Source: Paraspadella gotoi
Taxonomy: Eukaryota; Animalia; Chaetognatha
Reading direction: 5' to 3'
Length of the DNA stretch: 64,000 nt
Assembly (NCBI GenBank): GCA_051294375.1
Contig: CM119267.1
Location: 5,531,455 to 5,595,454 of the forward strand
This document shows positions 27,361 through 40,104 of the stretch, in pieces; position 1 is the stretch's first letter; each line of letters begins with the position of its first letter. Made by a program: the position numbers and the translations under genes. A model generated the notes under the pieces. The model was given only the letters and a program-made list of their open reading frames with translations. It was not told the origin of the DNA and searched no databases.

Positions 27361-28146
27361 GGTTTGAGAGTTTTGACTTTGGCGACGATTATGACAGCCG
27401 AAGGTTCTGTCGCGGGGTGAGTGACAAAGAAGGAAGCTTAAACTATTCGAGAATAAGTCAACAAGACGTATGAGAGTCAAATTAATACTTAAATGATTCT
27501 TAATGAACAATTGAACAAATGAACAAGTAGGGAAAAAAAACCCTACATGAACGATCAATACCGCCAGAAAAAAAAAAACGGCGAACACAAAAATCTGATT
27601 GAAAATAGGCGCTTCTGGCGAAGGTAATAAAAATTGGTGGCGAATGCAGCAGACAACGCGGCGACAGCAAAATGCTGCGGCGAACGCTGCTGAGAACGCC
27701 GCGGCAAATTCGACGACGACCAGGAAATGTTTATTGGCTCGTTCCTCATACCCACTTTTATTAAAATCGAGCGGAAAAAATTAAAGAAAGAATAAAAAAA
27801 AATAACACGACCANNNNNNNNNNNNNNNNNNNNNNNNNNNNNNNNNNNNNNNNNNNNNNNNNNNNNNNNNNNNNNNNNNNNNNNNNNNNNNNNNNNNNNN
27901 NNNNNNNNNNNNNNNNNNNNNNNNNNNNNNNNNNNNNNNNNNNNNNNNNNNNNNNNNNNNNNNNNNNNNNNNNNNNNNNNNNNNNNNNNNNNNNNNNNNN
28001 NNNNNNNNNNNNNNNNNNNNNNNNNNNNNNNNNNNNNNNNNNNNNNNNNNNNNNNNNNNNNNNNNNNNNNNNNNNNNNNNNNNNNNNNNNNNNNNNNNNN
28101 NNNNNNNNNNNNNNNNNNNNNNNNNNNNNNNNNNNNNNNNNNNNNN

Positions 28147-28182
<36 letters not shown>

Positions 28183-28691
28183 TCCGGATCTAGGAAGTTC
28201 CACTAAAGCCACGTGACCAGTTTTCCGTTCGCATAAATAAATGGAATCGATCCGACTGCATCTCGAAAAATTCCAATTTGCCTTTGATTGCATTTGTGCA
28301 GTAAAATTATATATTCAATAAAAGGTGGCGCTTAAAGCAACTATACTTTTATCAATTATATGGGAAACCGGTGACTGTTGTTTGGTCTTAAAAAGTCTTG
28401 TTATTGTTATTTAATGAAACCACGAACATATATTAATATAATTCATAAATAGATAATTTAATTTACGTATGTCCGAATGAACGAAGGAAAAAAATACATA
28501 ACAATCTCGCCTAAAGACTTTTTTTTTTGTTATTATTTTTATACCGACTTTTTAAATTTTATTATTCAATGATTAATATTTTTCGCTAAATTCCTGGCGA
28601 TCAGTATTTTTGCAAACTAAACCTTCAGAAGAAACTTCGGGAAAAATTAAGAGGTGGAAAACTACGTTATCTTCTTCGTCGGTTTCGTAAC

Positions 28692-28701
28692 GCGCATGCG
28701 C
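28692..28701. promoter_or_regulatory. Perfect GCGCATGCGC palindrome (NRF1/Erect-wing-type motif)
   Basis: Exact match to the established NRF1 consensus; function not shown. Confidence 0.35.
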
Positions 28702-28759
28702 AAAATGAGGGCCGCATCAGTCCATTCAATCGATCTTACTCTCGTTGATCTTCGACTGG

Positions 28760-28945
28760 TCGATGTCACGCGTCAGCCTTGTCACGTCAGCCTTGTCACG
28801 CTTATATCGTGTCACGTCCAACGCAGCGCAAATGTCACGGAAAATGCAAGTTTCATTTCATCGTCACTTAGAAAACAGAGTTGCAACGCCTCATTCTGTC
28901 TCTTTTTTCTTCTCTCTCTCTCTCTCCTCTCTCTCTCTCCTCTCT

Positions 28946-28999
<54 letters not shown>

Positions 29000-29490
29000 T
29001 TTTCCCTCTACTATTGTCTTTCACTGTGTTCTGCACTTCTTCCCATTTGCGAAACCCCGTCTCGCTCTTTGACGAAAGCGCCATCTTCTTTTGTCTTACA
29101 TCAAACGTCATCCGTATCAAGGGATCAAATGTCGACAGCAAAAAAGTGTCAAGTCTTCTCCGTTCAGCGTCAAGTGACACCCGTACTGTGTCAAGTCTCA
29201 TATTTCCTTTGTTAAAAGTGAACCATTTGAAAAGTCTCCCCGCACAGTATCACCTGTTTCATTCTCTGTCAAATGTAAACCCATTCGCGTTAATGTGTTA
29301 ACCGTCACATTTTTGAGCATTACAAATCAAATCAAATCAAATCAAACCAAACGACTGTCATGCGTCACTTGACATGCCGACAAGTGTCAACCGACGACTG
29401 TCAAGTGTCACCCGACATCACGACATCCTGAACCGAGAAAAGTCGTTTTTGACGCTGAGAAAATCCAGACAAACAGCGAAGCTGTCAACC
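28760..29490. promoter_or_regulatory. Dense cluster of TGTCA/TGACA and CGTCA motifs; putative cis-regulatory module or decayed repeat
   Basis: Manual count gives about 15 TGTCA/TGACA and about 9 CGTCA/TGACG in ~730 bp. Confidence 0.3.
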
Positions 29491-29509
29491 GAATTACAAT
29501 GAGGCCTTT

Positions 29510-29612
<103 letters not shown>

Positions 29613-29942
29613 TGAACAAACAAGGACCCGTCGTTTAATTTCCTTTTAGCACAACCAAGCTGACTCGAAAGTTTTTTTCTCCTAATGAAAGAAATCTTAA
29701 TGTTTAGTTTTAAAAAAAATGTTAAGCTTAAGGTTAAACGCTAATTTTACTGGCAATCCAACGTCCGGATAAACATATGAATCGATCTCCCAACCATCAG
29801 GTCCCGAAGTCTTCAACGGAAACCTCAAAAAAACTAATTAATGAAAATAAAACGAGATTAAAAATTTAAAAAAATTACTGTTTCATGGAAAAAATAGCAA
29901 AAAATTAAAAAAATAAATAAAAAAGCTAAAAATTTTAAATCC

Positions 29943-29959
29943 GGCCATCTGGTGGCGCC
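29943..29959. promoter_or_regulatory. CTCF-like motif GGCCATCTGGTGGCGCC
   Basis: The reverse complement contains CCACCAGATGGC, matching the CTCF core, at an AT-rich to GC-rich transition. Motif match only. Confidence 0.3.
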
Positions 29960-31505
29960 GAAAGGTTCATTCCTCATTTTTTTCCCTCTCCCGGCGTTGT
30001 CCGGTCTTTTTTTTCTCCGGATTCCCGCCAAAAACGTTTTGTCAAAACCCGGAATCGTTTTCGACGCTGTATTAAACGATTATTGCCCGTCTGCCCTGTA
30101 TTAACGCGTCGAGTGGGTAATGAATAAATTTCGCGCTCGGCGTCGCCATCGTTAAACGACGTTTTTGACCCGGGAGAGGATTCTGGCAAAATATCAACAA
30201 TTTTAACATTCGATAAAAAAAAAAAAAAAGTGAAATTGATCATTCGACGTGATGTTATATTAATCGTATTAATCAATTAAAATCATCATATTAATCATTA
30301 ATCATATTGATAATTTATTAATCATTCGATGCGATGTTACAGTCAATTTTAATGATATAAAGGACAGTGTAAAATGCTTACAGAAAATATTAACCGATGA
30401 CACGAAAAAAATATTGTACATAAAACTTTTAGTAAAGTTTTAGTTAACGACTAAATTTTTGCCTATTCGTAGATGAGAAAAGTTTCTATTTACCCTATTG
30501 CCAATGGTTATTTAACCTGAATAAAACTTATCTTAGCCTTACCCTTCTCATTCCAGCTTTCTTTTACTCTCCCTCCTCCTCCTCCTCCTCCTCCTCCTCC
30601 TCTTGATTGGTTCTCAGTTTCCCTTTGAATAATGAGAGTTTTCAGTGATGAGGATCAAACAGAAAAAATTGAGAGTCAACAAGTGATTCAAACGAAACGG
30701 TTTTTTTTTTTTCGTTCCGCCAATTTAAGCGACCCTGAAAAAGGCTTTTTTTGGTCGGTCGGTCGGTCGTTGAAAAGTTAGTATATATATACTGCTATGT
30801 CCCAAAAGTGGTCGTAGAGCAATGGCTTACCGAAGGGGGAGTAGCCATATGAGTACTCGATAACAAGACAAAAACTCTCTTTCAAATTATCATTTGTACT
30901 CGAGTTACAGAGCTTGCCGTCTCAGAAATTTTAGACGGATGCTACTGTAGCTATTCCTATGGTTTTTATGTAAAGATGATTTTGAAATAAACTTTATTTC
31001 TTACACGAGTTTCGATAGAATTAGCATAAAAAATGAATCTGGGAGAGGAGAGAGAAGTCGAAAAATTATCAAATGTTTTTTTTATGAAAAAGTTTGGAAA
31101 ACTGTGATAATAAATCATTGCTGGTATTGTAACGGGGAATGCGTATGTAGCTAATTACACAAGGAACGTACTGAACAAATTTAACTGATATCTAACCATA
31201 ATTCAGTTTTAAACACGCATCCCGAATTAAGTTGAACGAAAAAGAGAGAAAAAAAAACCCACCGAAGCGGTCTCATTTCTCTCCCAAAGTAGATCTTTTT
31301 TTTCACTTCCCTCTTGTGATGATAAATGTTGTCGCCTCTCTCTCTCTTCCCCTTGTGATTCTGGTTAACGTCTTCTTTATACTTTTTCTCTCTTTTCCTT
31401 TTTTTTCTCCTTTCTTTCCTTTTTTTCTTTTATTCTCTTTTTTTTTCTCTTCGTTACTGAGATGCTGTTTTGTGATTGCGGTCATTGGGCAATGTCTCGT
31501 CAGCA

Positions 31506-31536
<31 letters not shown>

Positions 31537-32095
31537 TTATCGTCATCCTCCTCGGTTTTTTTTTGGTTAAGCCTACAAAAAAAAAAAAAAAAACAACAAA
31601 AAACAACGCTGGACGCAACCGCCAGCTAAAAGAAATTGTTTTCTTTGATTCATCATTAGCGTGGGTGTTTTGTCTGCGTTTTTGTTGTTTTTCTTGTTGT
31701 TTGTCGTTCTGTTTTGACGGATCGATCTTCCTCGCCGTCCGAGAGGAAAGCACTCAAAGAGTTTAATCATTTAAATCATCAATATCTTTCTCAATCTTTT
31801 CCTGACGTTTCTGCGATTTTCCCTTTTCCTTCACCGGAAGTCTGTTGGCCACCTCAATGCGTTTAAATAACTATTAAACTCTTTTAAATGTCTATAAAAA
31901 GTTTAATTTTATACGTACATTTTCAAACAATTGGCTTTAAAAGCCCAATGCCATGCATGCCAAATCTCATGATTCTCCAAGCGATTGTCCATTGTCCGAA
32001 GTCATGGCCAAACAAAGTAAGATTCCTTTTCGAAATCTCCCTTAAAAATCTTCATCAATCGGTCAACCAGGAAACCCATCTCTCTATCTTACTAT

Positions 32096-32139
<44 letters not shown>

Positions 32140-32183
32140 ATCTATCTATCTATCTATCTATCTACTATCTATCTATCTATCTA
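32096..32183. repeat. (TCTA)n microsatellite, mirrored as (GATA)n at ~41884-41981
   Basis: Interrupted in the left arm and perfect in the right arm. Confidence 0.95.
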
Positions 32184-32956
32184 ATTCTCCCAGTGAAACT
32201 TACTTTCCAGTGAGAATAAGTCAAGGCAGGACGAAGACCGCCCAAAGGAACACTGCAGACCACAAACAGGTCTTTTTGTTTTCTCAAGATTTTTTAAAGA
32301 TTCTACCAGAGGTCCCTCGTCGTCGTCGTCGTCGTTCGTCGTTGTGTCGTTCGTCGTCGTCGTCCCTCTTCGCCGTTTTCGCGCCGACGAAAATGTTCCA
32401 AATTTGGCACAACATATCACGCGGACACAAAAAAAAAAAAAAAAAAATTTCGTTTTCTTACTTTTTATATTTTTCGTAATTATTTCTTATATTAGCTATT
32501 CAATATACAGGTTCCTTCGACGATAATTGCCAACCTATCGTTTCCGTTCTGCGTCAATCCGCTTTTACGTCACCGACGAAACTGTTGACGCAGTTAAAAG
32601 CGTCTATTTTCAAGTTCGCTTATGCTTTCTCGGTTTAGGTTTACTTTAGTTTTCGTCATCGAAATATATACATATGTCATTTTTTTTTGACTTAGCGTCG
32701 AAGCTTTGTTATCATATCTGGACCAATGGCCTTTTTTTTTAAAAAAAAAGAGATGCCATTTCCATCTCAGCCATTAAATAAGCATTTTTTCGCTATTTTT
32801 TTAATTATTATTATTCCATTACTCATTCTTTATCTTTTAAGCATATTTTAAAGTATTATTGCTCCAAGCTTCATTTTTTAGGTATCAAAGATGAATTTTT
32901 TTATCATTTTCTCAAGCGACAAAACGCTCAATCATTAATATTATTTTCAACAAAGC

Positions 32957-33060
32957 AATCTTCATGAAAGAGACGCTAATTAGGAGAACAATCTTCATGA
33001 AAGAGACGCTAATTAGGAGAACAATCTCATGAAAGAGACGCTAATTGAGGAAGGAACAGT
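32957..33060 (+). repeat. 33-bp tandem repeat x3 (AATCTTCATGAAAGAGACGCTAATTAGGAGAAC), mirrored at ~41040-41140
   Basis: Three consecutive units read directly. Confidence 0.92.
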
Positions 33061-33399
33061 TATAATTCAAAGAATTAATAAGAGAATTAATAATCCCTTG
33101 ATAATTTAATAAGAAATATTTAATAAGAGAATTAATATATCCTGAGAAACTCCCGCTTCCTTTTTGATCGATCCTCTGATTTTCAGATCTGATAAGATCA
33201 TCTCATCCCATTTTTCCAATCTCATCCCTTCTCAATCCCTTCTCATCCCTTCTCATCCATTCATCCCTGCCCACTTTTTTCCCAAACCTTTTTTCTTATT
33301 CGTATCCCACTTTTTTAGAATAGTTTTTCTTGTTCTTATCTTCAATGCTCCCATCTCTGCTCAACCACTCAGTTCTCCTCCATCTCTTCCCCCATCCTC

Positions 33400-33640
33400 T
33401 TTTCTTCATTCCCCATCTTGCTTTTCCCCATCTCTTATCCGTCTCTTCTCCATCTTTCTCCCCATCTGCCTCACCATCTCTTTTCTCCCGTTCTCTTCAC
33501 CATCTTTTCTCCCCATTGCTCACCATCTCTTTTTCCGTCTCTTCCCCATCTTTTCTCCGATTCTGGCCTCCCCATCTTCTTTCTCCTCTCTTCCCATCTT
33601 TCTCCCCATCTGCTTCCTATCTCCTTCCCTCTCCAGCACC
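33400..33640 (+). repeat. Degenerate pyrimidine-rich minisatellite built on CCCCATCT/CCGTCTCTTC motifs, mirrored at ~40455-40720
   Basis: Recurring gagatggggaagagacggagaaa and gaggcagatggggagaaagatgg blocks in the mirror copy. Confidence 0.8.
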
Positions 33641-33786
33641 CATCTCCTTCTTCCGTCGCGTCCAAAGGCATCTTCCACTTTATTTTCCATCTACGCCGCC
33701 TCATCGGCCAGATGGCGTTGTTTTGCCTTCTTCCTTCTCGAGTTGGCGTATCACGCACTCTCTTTCTCTCTCTCCTACTCTCTCTA

Positions 33787-33821
<35 letters not shown>

Positions 33822-34062
33822 CTCTCCTCTCTTAACTCTCTCTCTCTCTCTCACAACCCATTTCAACTCATCGGCGACGCCTTTTTGTGTTTCCTCGCAC
33901 ATTGATTCGACGCCGGTCTCTGCGCGCGTTGGCGCTTCCGCCGGCGCCCTCTTGCAAAGCGCCGCGGCCCTCCCCGGTTTGCTTGCGACGCCTAATGACG
34001 TCACGGGACCCGCGCCTAATTTTTAAGCAAAGACGCAAAAAAAAAAAAAAAAAAAAAACGAA

Positions 34063-34117
<55 letters not shown>

Positions 34118-35044
34118 AGAGAGAAAGAGAGAGAGAGAAGAGAGCGAGAGAGAGAGAGGAGAGAGAGAGAGAGAGGATTTAATTTTCGAGTGCGGAACAG
34201 TTCTGTGTTTCGGTTAAAGGTGTTTGTGACTCTGCCCAAAGAATCGACTCCGAACAAAAATGCTAACGAAATTCCTGGCGACGAAACTCGGAAAAACAAT
34301 ATTTTTTTTTTCGGTCAGAAGAAGGAAAGATAAAACAACATCAAAGTTTCCTTGAAGCCATGAATGTTAATCTATATTTGAAATTATTTACTTATCATTG
34401 TACAAATTCCATTTTAATTTTAAAAAAAATTAGGGCGCAATCAAGCCCCATCTTTCTCGTAGATAGCGAGACAGTCGACCGCAAGCTTGCGATATAAATA
34501 AGATGGTGTCAAAAGGTGTGGTATAGAGTGGTTACGAGCGTAGGTATAACTTACGTATTGAAGTAGTATTTTTCATGAATATTTGTACAAATAATATAAA
34601 AATTATTCATTCATTCAATAAATGAAGGCTAACTTAGCCCCTGACTTTGCGACAGGCTTGGTGATTTAAGTCCTCCATAGCTCTTACAAGATAATGACAT
34701 AAGAGGTCCCTCCAAGCTTTATATCATAGACTCTCTCACCCCAGTCTTGTTTATTCACTACCTTTTGTCTTCCATATCAATGGGCTGTAATATTCAAAGA
34801 ATCTTTCAATTGTATAATTGTTATAATTTTTTGATAATATTAATTCCAAAGCCGTCAACCGCAAAACTCTCGCGACGTCGAATATCACAAAAATTTTAAG
34901 TTAAACCCTCTCCCCCCCGACCCAAAAAAGGGGCGGAAAAATAGCCAAGCACCAAGCAATTTACAAAAATTTCAGCCTATCGCCCAGAAATTCAAATGTG
35001 ACGACCGATTTACAACCGCCGTCTCTCTCTCTCTCTCTCTCGCT

Positions 35045-35091
<47 letters not shown>

Positions 35092-35120
35092 GCTCGACCT
35101 CAACTTTTAGAAGCGTTTTT

Positions 35121-35191
<71 letters not shown>

Positions 35192-35684
35192 CCGAACAAA
35201 AAAAAAAATTTCCTTTCGCCCACGACATTTCCTTTACTATTAAACTTTTTTTTTTTTCCCTCGACTTTGAAGAGAGAAAATCCCGATAAGGCCCCAGAGT
35301 GTGGCGGGCCGAGTGGGTTCCTGTGTGGGGACTTGTGTGGCGGCCCGTTGGGTATCGTGTGGTCGTGTAGGTTGATGGTTGCGTTTCGGCGTCTAGATGC
35401 AGTCAAGATGGCGTCCGCCGATCGCCGAACTGCCCGCACACACTGCCCTTCGCCTCATCACCACTCGCATTCGCCGAACTGCCGACACCACAGCCCCTCG
35501 CCTCACCTCAACCTACCCTACATTCCTTCTATGGTGCGATGAATCGCAAGTTCGACTGCGGACGAATGAACGACCTAAGGACGCGACGGACGGACGGACT
35601 GACGCGACGCGACGAGGGACTGAGTCTGGTTCTTCTATTTCGGCTGCTGACGGAAATCGAACGATCGTTAATTCTCCAATTCAA

Positions 35685-35752
<68 letters not shown>

Positions 35753-35834
35753 CTCCCACATTGTGTTTTTTGTTCCCTTCGAATCGCGCTGATGTTGAAA
35801 CGAGAGCTGAGAGCGCGAAAGGGAGATTAAGAAC

Positions 35835-35881
<47 letters not shown>

Positions 35882-37602
35882 GAGAAGAAGAGAGAGAGAG
35901 GAGAGAAGAGGAGATGAGAGCAGGCAGCTGCCTCGGTTTGGTTTTGCCAGGCCTTTGATTCCATTCTCGTTTTGAGACGAGCTTTCTGTTCTTTCCCCGT
36001 GATGGATGATATGACTAAGAAGGGGAAAAGGCAGCAGGAGAGAGAGAGAGAGAGAGAGAGGCGTCTTCTTTTTTCCATGATATAAATAGAAACTGAAAAG
36101 AACTCGAATGAGATTCAACGCCTGAGCCGGCAAATACATTTGCGGCGCAACGGATGCATCGGGAGGATTATTATGAACGTTGTGTGCGTTGCGATAAGTA
36201 CCGTCGGCAATTGGAACGATCCTCGATGGCGTCGAAATGCCCGTTGGCAAAAAGGTGTTTTGCGTTGCATTTCATTCAAGCCATTGTTGGACGAGGGCAA
36301 TGAGATCTGACGTTGGCGTCTCGAGTCTCTGCAAATACATTTGTGCTGACTTCGTGATTGAAACGACGTTCTCGACATAAGCGAGGAGCGAGAGATGGAA
36401 AGGGCGTTGGACTTCGCAAACGACGAGTGGTAAATGGCATTTGCCATTCCTGGTGATGGTAAAGGGAATAAGTTGACGAATAGTTGATACGTTCGTCAGC
36501 TGCAGATTTCGTTTTCAAAAACCTTTTTCGCGTTAAAAAAAACCGGAATTTGCATCAAAAATTGAATTTTTGCAAATGACAAAAATGAAATGAAATGAAA
36601 TGAAAATGAAATAGAAATGAAAATAATAAATTAAATTAAAATGATATTGAAAATACAAAAAGGAAAAAGGAAAAGACTAAATTCAACTCGGCGAATTGTA
36701 AGAAGTGATTTTCGACTCCAAGATTCTCAGTTTTTCGGTCTAGATCATAATTTGTGCAATCCGATCTATAACCGCGAAAGACATTTAAATATTAACTCGC
36801 GGGATCGAACTCAAGATGTACGCGGGTTGGTGACTGAATTCCTTGTCATAATGGCGGCAGGCGGCCGCTGCGGCGGCGGCGGCGGCGCGGCGGGAGACAA
36901 ACCGCTCGGTTATTCCCCTCGGATCAGACTCGAATCGGACTTTAACCATTTTTTTTTTTTATCATTTTATCATTTTTTGTCATTTCTTCTTTCTCATACG
37001 ATTTTTTTTTAATTTTTCAACTTTCGATCGTTGAAAAAATCATTAATGACTTCCCATTCTTCTCCTCGAATCAAACATCAGAAGCAAAAAAAAGCCAAAA
37101 AAAAGCTAATAAATAAAAAAGAAGCGGAATTTTTTTGAATTATCCTCGATACCGATTCTCCCGCGCGCAAACGAAGGTCAATCAATTTTATGGCGGAATT
37201 GAAATGAGAATTGGCCCTCCGCCTCCGCGTATTGCAATTATGGCGGGAACGACGGAGAGAGAAGAGAGAGATGAGAGAGACGAAGAGAGAGAGAGAAGAG
37301 AGAGAGAGAGAGATGAGAGAGAGAGAGAGTGGGGTGGTCGNNNNNNNNNNNNNNNNNNNNNNNNNCCGCCATAAAATTGATTGACCTTCGTTTGCGCGCG
37401 GGAGATCGTAATACGAGGATAATTCAAAAATTCCGCTTCTTTTTTTATTTTATTTGCTTTTTTTGCTTTTTTTCTTCTGATGTTTGATTCGAGGAGAAGA
37501 ATGGGAAGTCATTAATGCTTTTTCAACGATCGGAAGTTGAAAATTATAAAAAAAAATAGATGAGAAAGAGAAATGACAAAAAATGATAAAAATGATAAAA
37601 AA

Positions 37603-37737
37603 ATGGTTAAAGTCGATTCGAGTCTGACTCCGAGGGGAATAACCGAGCGGTTGTCTCCCGCCGCCGCCGCCGTGGCCGCAGCCGCCGCCGCCGCCATTAT
37701 GACAGGAATTCAGTCACCAACCCCGCGTACATCTTGA
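37603..37737 (+). CDS. Weak candidate poly-Ala exon fragment (MVKVDSSLTPRGITERLSPAAAAVAAAAAAAIMTGIQSPTPRTS); strand ambiguous
   Basis: GC-rich (GCC)n island; poly-Ala also reads on the opposite strand. Mirror copy at ~36810-36950. Confidence 0.15.
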   Translation: MVKVDSSLTPRGITERLSPAAAAVAAAAAAAIMTGIQSPTPRTS

Positions 37738-38469
37738 GTTCGATCCCGCGAGTTAATATTAAATGTCTTTCCGGTAATAGACTCGGATTGCACAATTAGA
37801 TCTACCGAATGACCTGAGAAATCTTGGAGTCGAAATCACTTCTTACAATTCGCCGAGTTGAATTTAGTCTTTTCCTTTTTCCTTTTTGTCATTTCATATC
37901 ATTTAATTTAATTTATTATTTCATTTCATTTCATTTCATTTCATTTCATTTCATTTTTGTCATTTCAAAATTCAATTTTGATGCAAATTCGGTTTTTTTT
38001 TAACGACGAAAAAAAAGTTTTTGAAAACGAAAATCTCAGCTGACGAAACGTATCAACTTATTCGTCAACTTATTCCCTTTACCACTCACCAGGATGGCAA
38101 ATGCCATTTACCACTCGTCGTTTGCGAAAGTCAACGCCCCTTTCCATCTCTCGCTCTCGCTATGTCGAGAACGTCGTTTCAATCAGAAGTCACACAAACG
38201 TATTTGCAGAGACTCGACGCCAACGTCAGATCTCATTGCCCTCGTCCACAATGGCTTGAATGAATGCAACGCAAACACCTTTTTGCCGACGGGCATTTCG
38301 GACGACATCGAGGATCGTTTCCATTGCCGACGGTACTTATCGCAACGCCACACAACGGTCATATTATCCTCCCGATGCCATCCGTTGCCGCAAATGTCAT
38401 TTGCCGTCAGGCGTTGGGATCTCATTCGAGTCTTTTCAGTTTCTATTTTATTATCAGGAAAAAAAGAAG

Positions 38470-38508
<39 letters not shown>

Positions 38509-38772
38509 GCTTTTAACGCCTTCTTAGTCATATCATCCATTGCACGGCGCGGAAAGACAGAAAGCTCGTACATCAAAACGAGATGGAAATCAACAGGCGC
38601 CTGGCAAACCAAACGCGAGCAGCTGCCTATCTCCTCTTCTCTCCTCCTCTGCCTCGGTCCGTCTCCTCATATCATCTGCGTCTCTCTCTGTTCTAATTCT
38701 CCCTTTCGCGCTCTCAGCTCTCGTTTCATCAGCGCGATTCGCAAAGGGAACAAAAAACACAATGTGGGAGAC

Positions 38773-38942
<170 letters not shown>

Positions 38943-39961
38943 TTGGAGAATTAACGATCGTTCGATTTCCGTCAGCAGCGAAATAGAAGAACCAGACTCA
39001 GTCCCTCCGTCCGTCCGTCCGTCCGTCCGTCCGTCCGTCCGTCCGTAGGTCCGTTCATTCGCCCGCAGTCGAACTTGCGATTCATCCACCATAGAAGGAA
39101 GTAGGGTAAGATTGAGGTGAGGCGAGGGGCTGTGGTGTCGGGCAGTTCGGCGATCGGGCTGTGATGAGGCGAAGGGCAGTGGTGTCGGGCAGTTCGGCGA
39201 TCGGGCCGGACGCCATCTTGACTGCATCTAGACGCCGACGCCACATCAACTACACGACCACACGATACCCACACGGCNNNNNNNNNNNNNNNNNNNGGGA
39301 AGAGGGTTTAACTTAAAATTTTTGTGATTTCGACGTCGCGAGAGTTTTGGGTTGACGGCTTGAATTAATATTATCACAATTATAACAATTATAACAATTG
39401 AAACATTCTTTGAAATATTATACCCCATTGATATGGAAGCCAGGTAGTGAATAAACAAGACTGTGAGAGAGTCTTGATATAAAGCTTGCAGGGACCTCTT
39501 ATGTCATTATCTTGTAAGAGCTATGGAGGACTTAAATCACCAAAGCCTGTCCAAAGTCAGGGGCAAGTTAGCTTATTTATTGAATGAATGAATAATTTTT
39601 ATATTATTTGTACCAATTTCATGAAAAATACTACTTCATACGTAAGTTAACTCTTATTTATATCGCAAGCTTGCCGGGTCGAGCTGTCTCGCTATCTTAC
39701 GAGAAAGATGGGAGCTTGATTCGCCTATTTTTTAAATTAATGGAAAATTTGTACAATGATAGTAATAATTTCAATATAGATTAACATTCATGCCTTCAAG
39801 CGAAACTTGATGTTGTTTATCTTTCTTCTTCTGACGAAAAAAAAAATATTTTTTTTCCGAGTTTCGTCGCCAGGAATTCGTTAGCATTTTTGTTCGGAGT
39901 CGATTCTTTGCAGAGTCACAAACCCTTTAACCGAAACACAACTGTTCCACTCGAAAATAAA

Positions 39962-40005
<44 letters not shown>

Positions 40006-40039
40006 TTCTCTCTCTCTTCTTTCTCTCCCTCTCTCTCAT

Positions 40040-40104
<65 letters not shown>

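Larger units (their letters stand above)
31353..37196 (+). repeat. Inverted duplication 2, left arm
   Basis: Reverse complement of 37366-43805. cgcgcgcaaacgaaggtcaatcaattttatggcgg (ending 37196) matches ccgccataaaattgattgaccttcgtttgcgcgcg (from 37366), and ttgtgattctggttaacgtcttc (31353) matches gaagacgttaaccagaatcacaa (ending 43805). Confidence 0.96.

Noticed and set aside
37197-37340. PacBio SMRTbell adapter remnant at the fold-back centres
   Set aside because: No recognisable adapter sequence in any of the three spacers, so a simple missed-adapter read is not directly supported.
37725-37750. tRNA B-box-like GAGTTCGATCCC
   Set aside because: The flanks do not form a T-stem, and there is no cloverleaf or properly spaced A-box.
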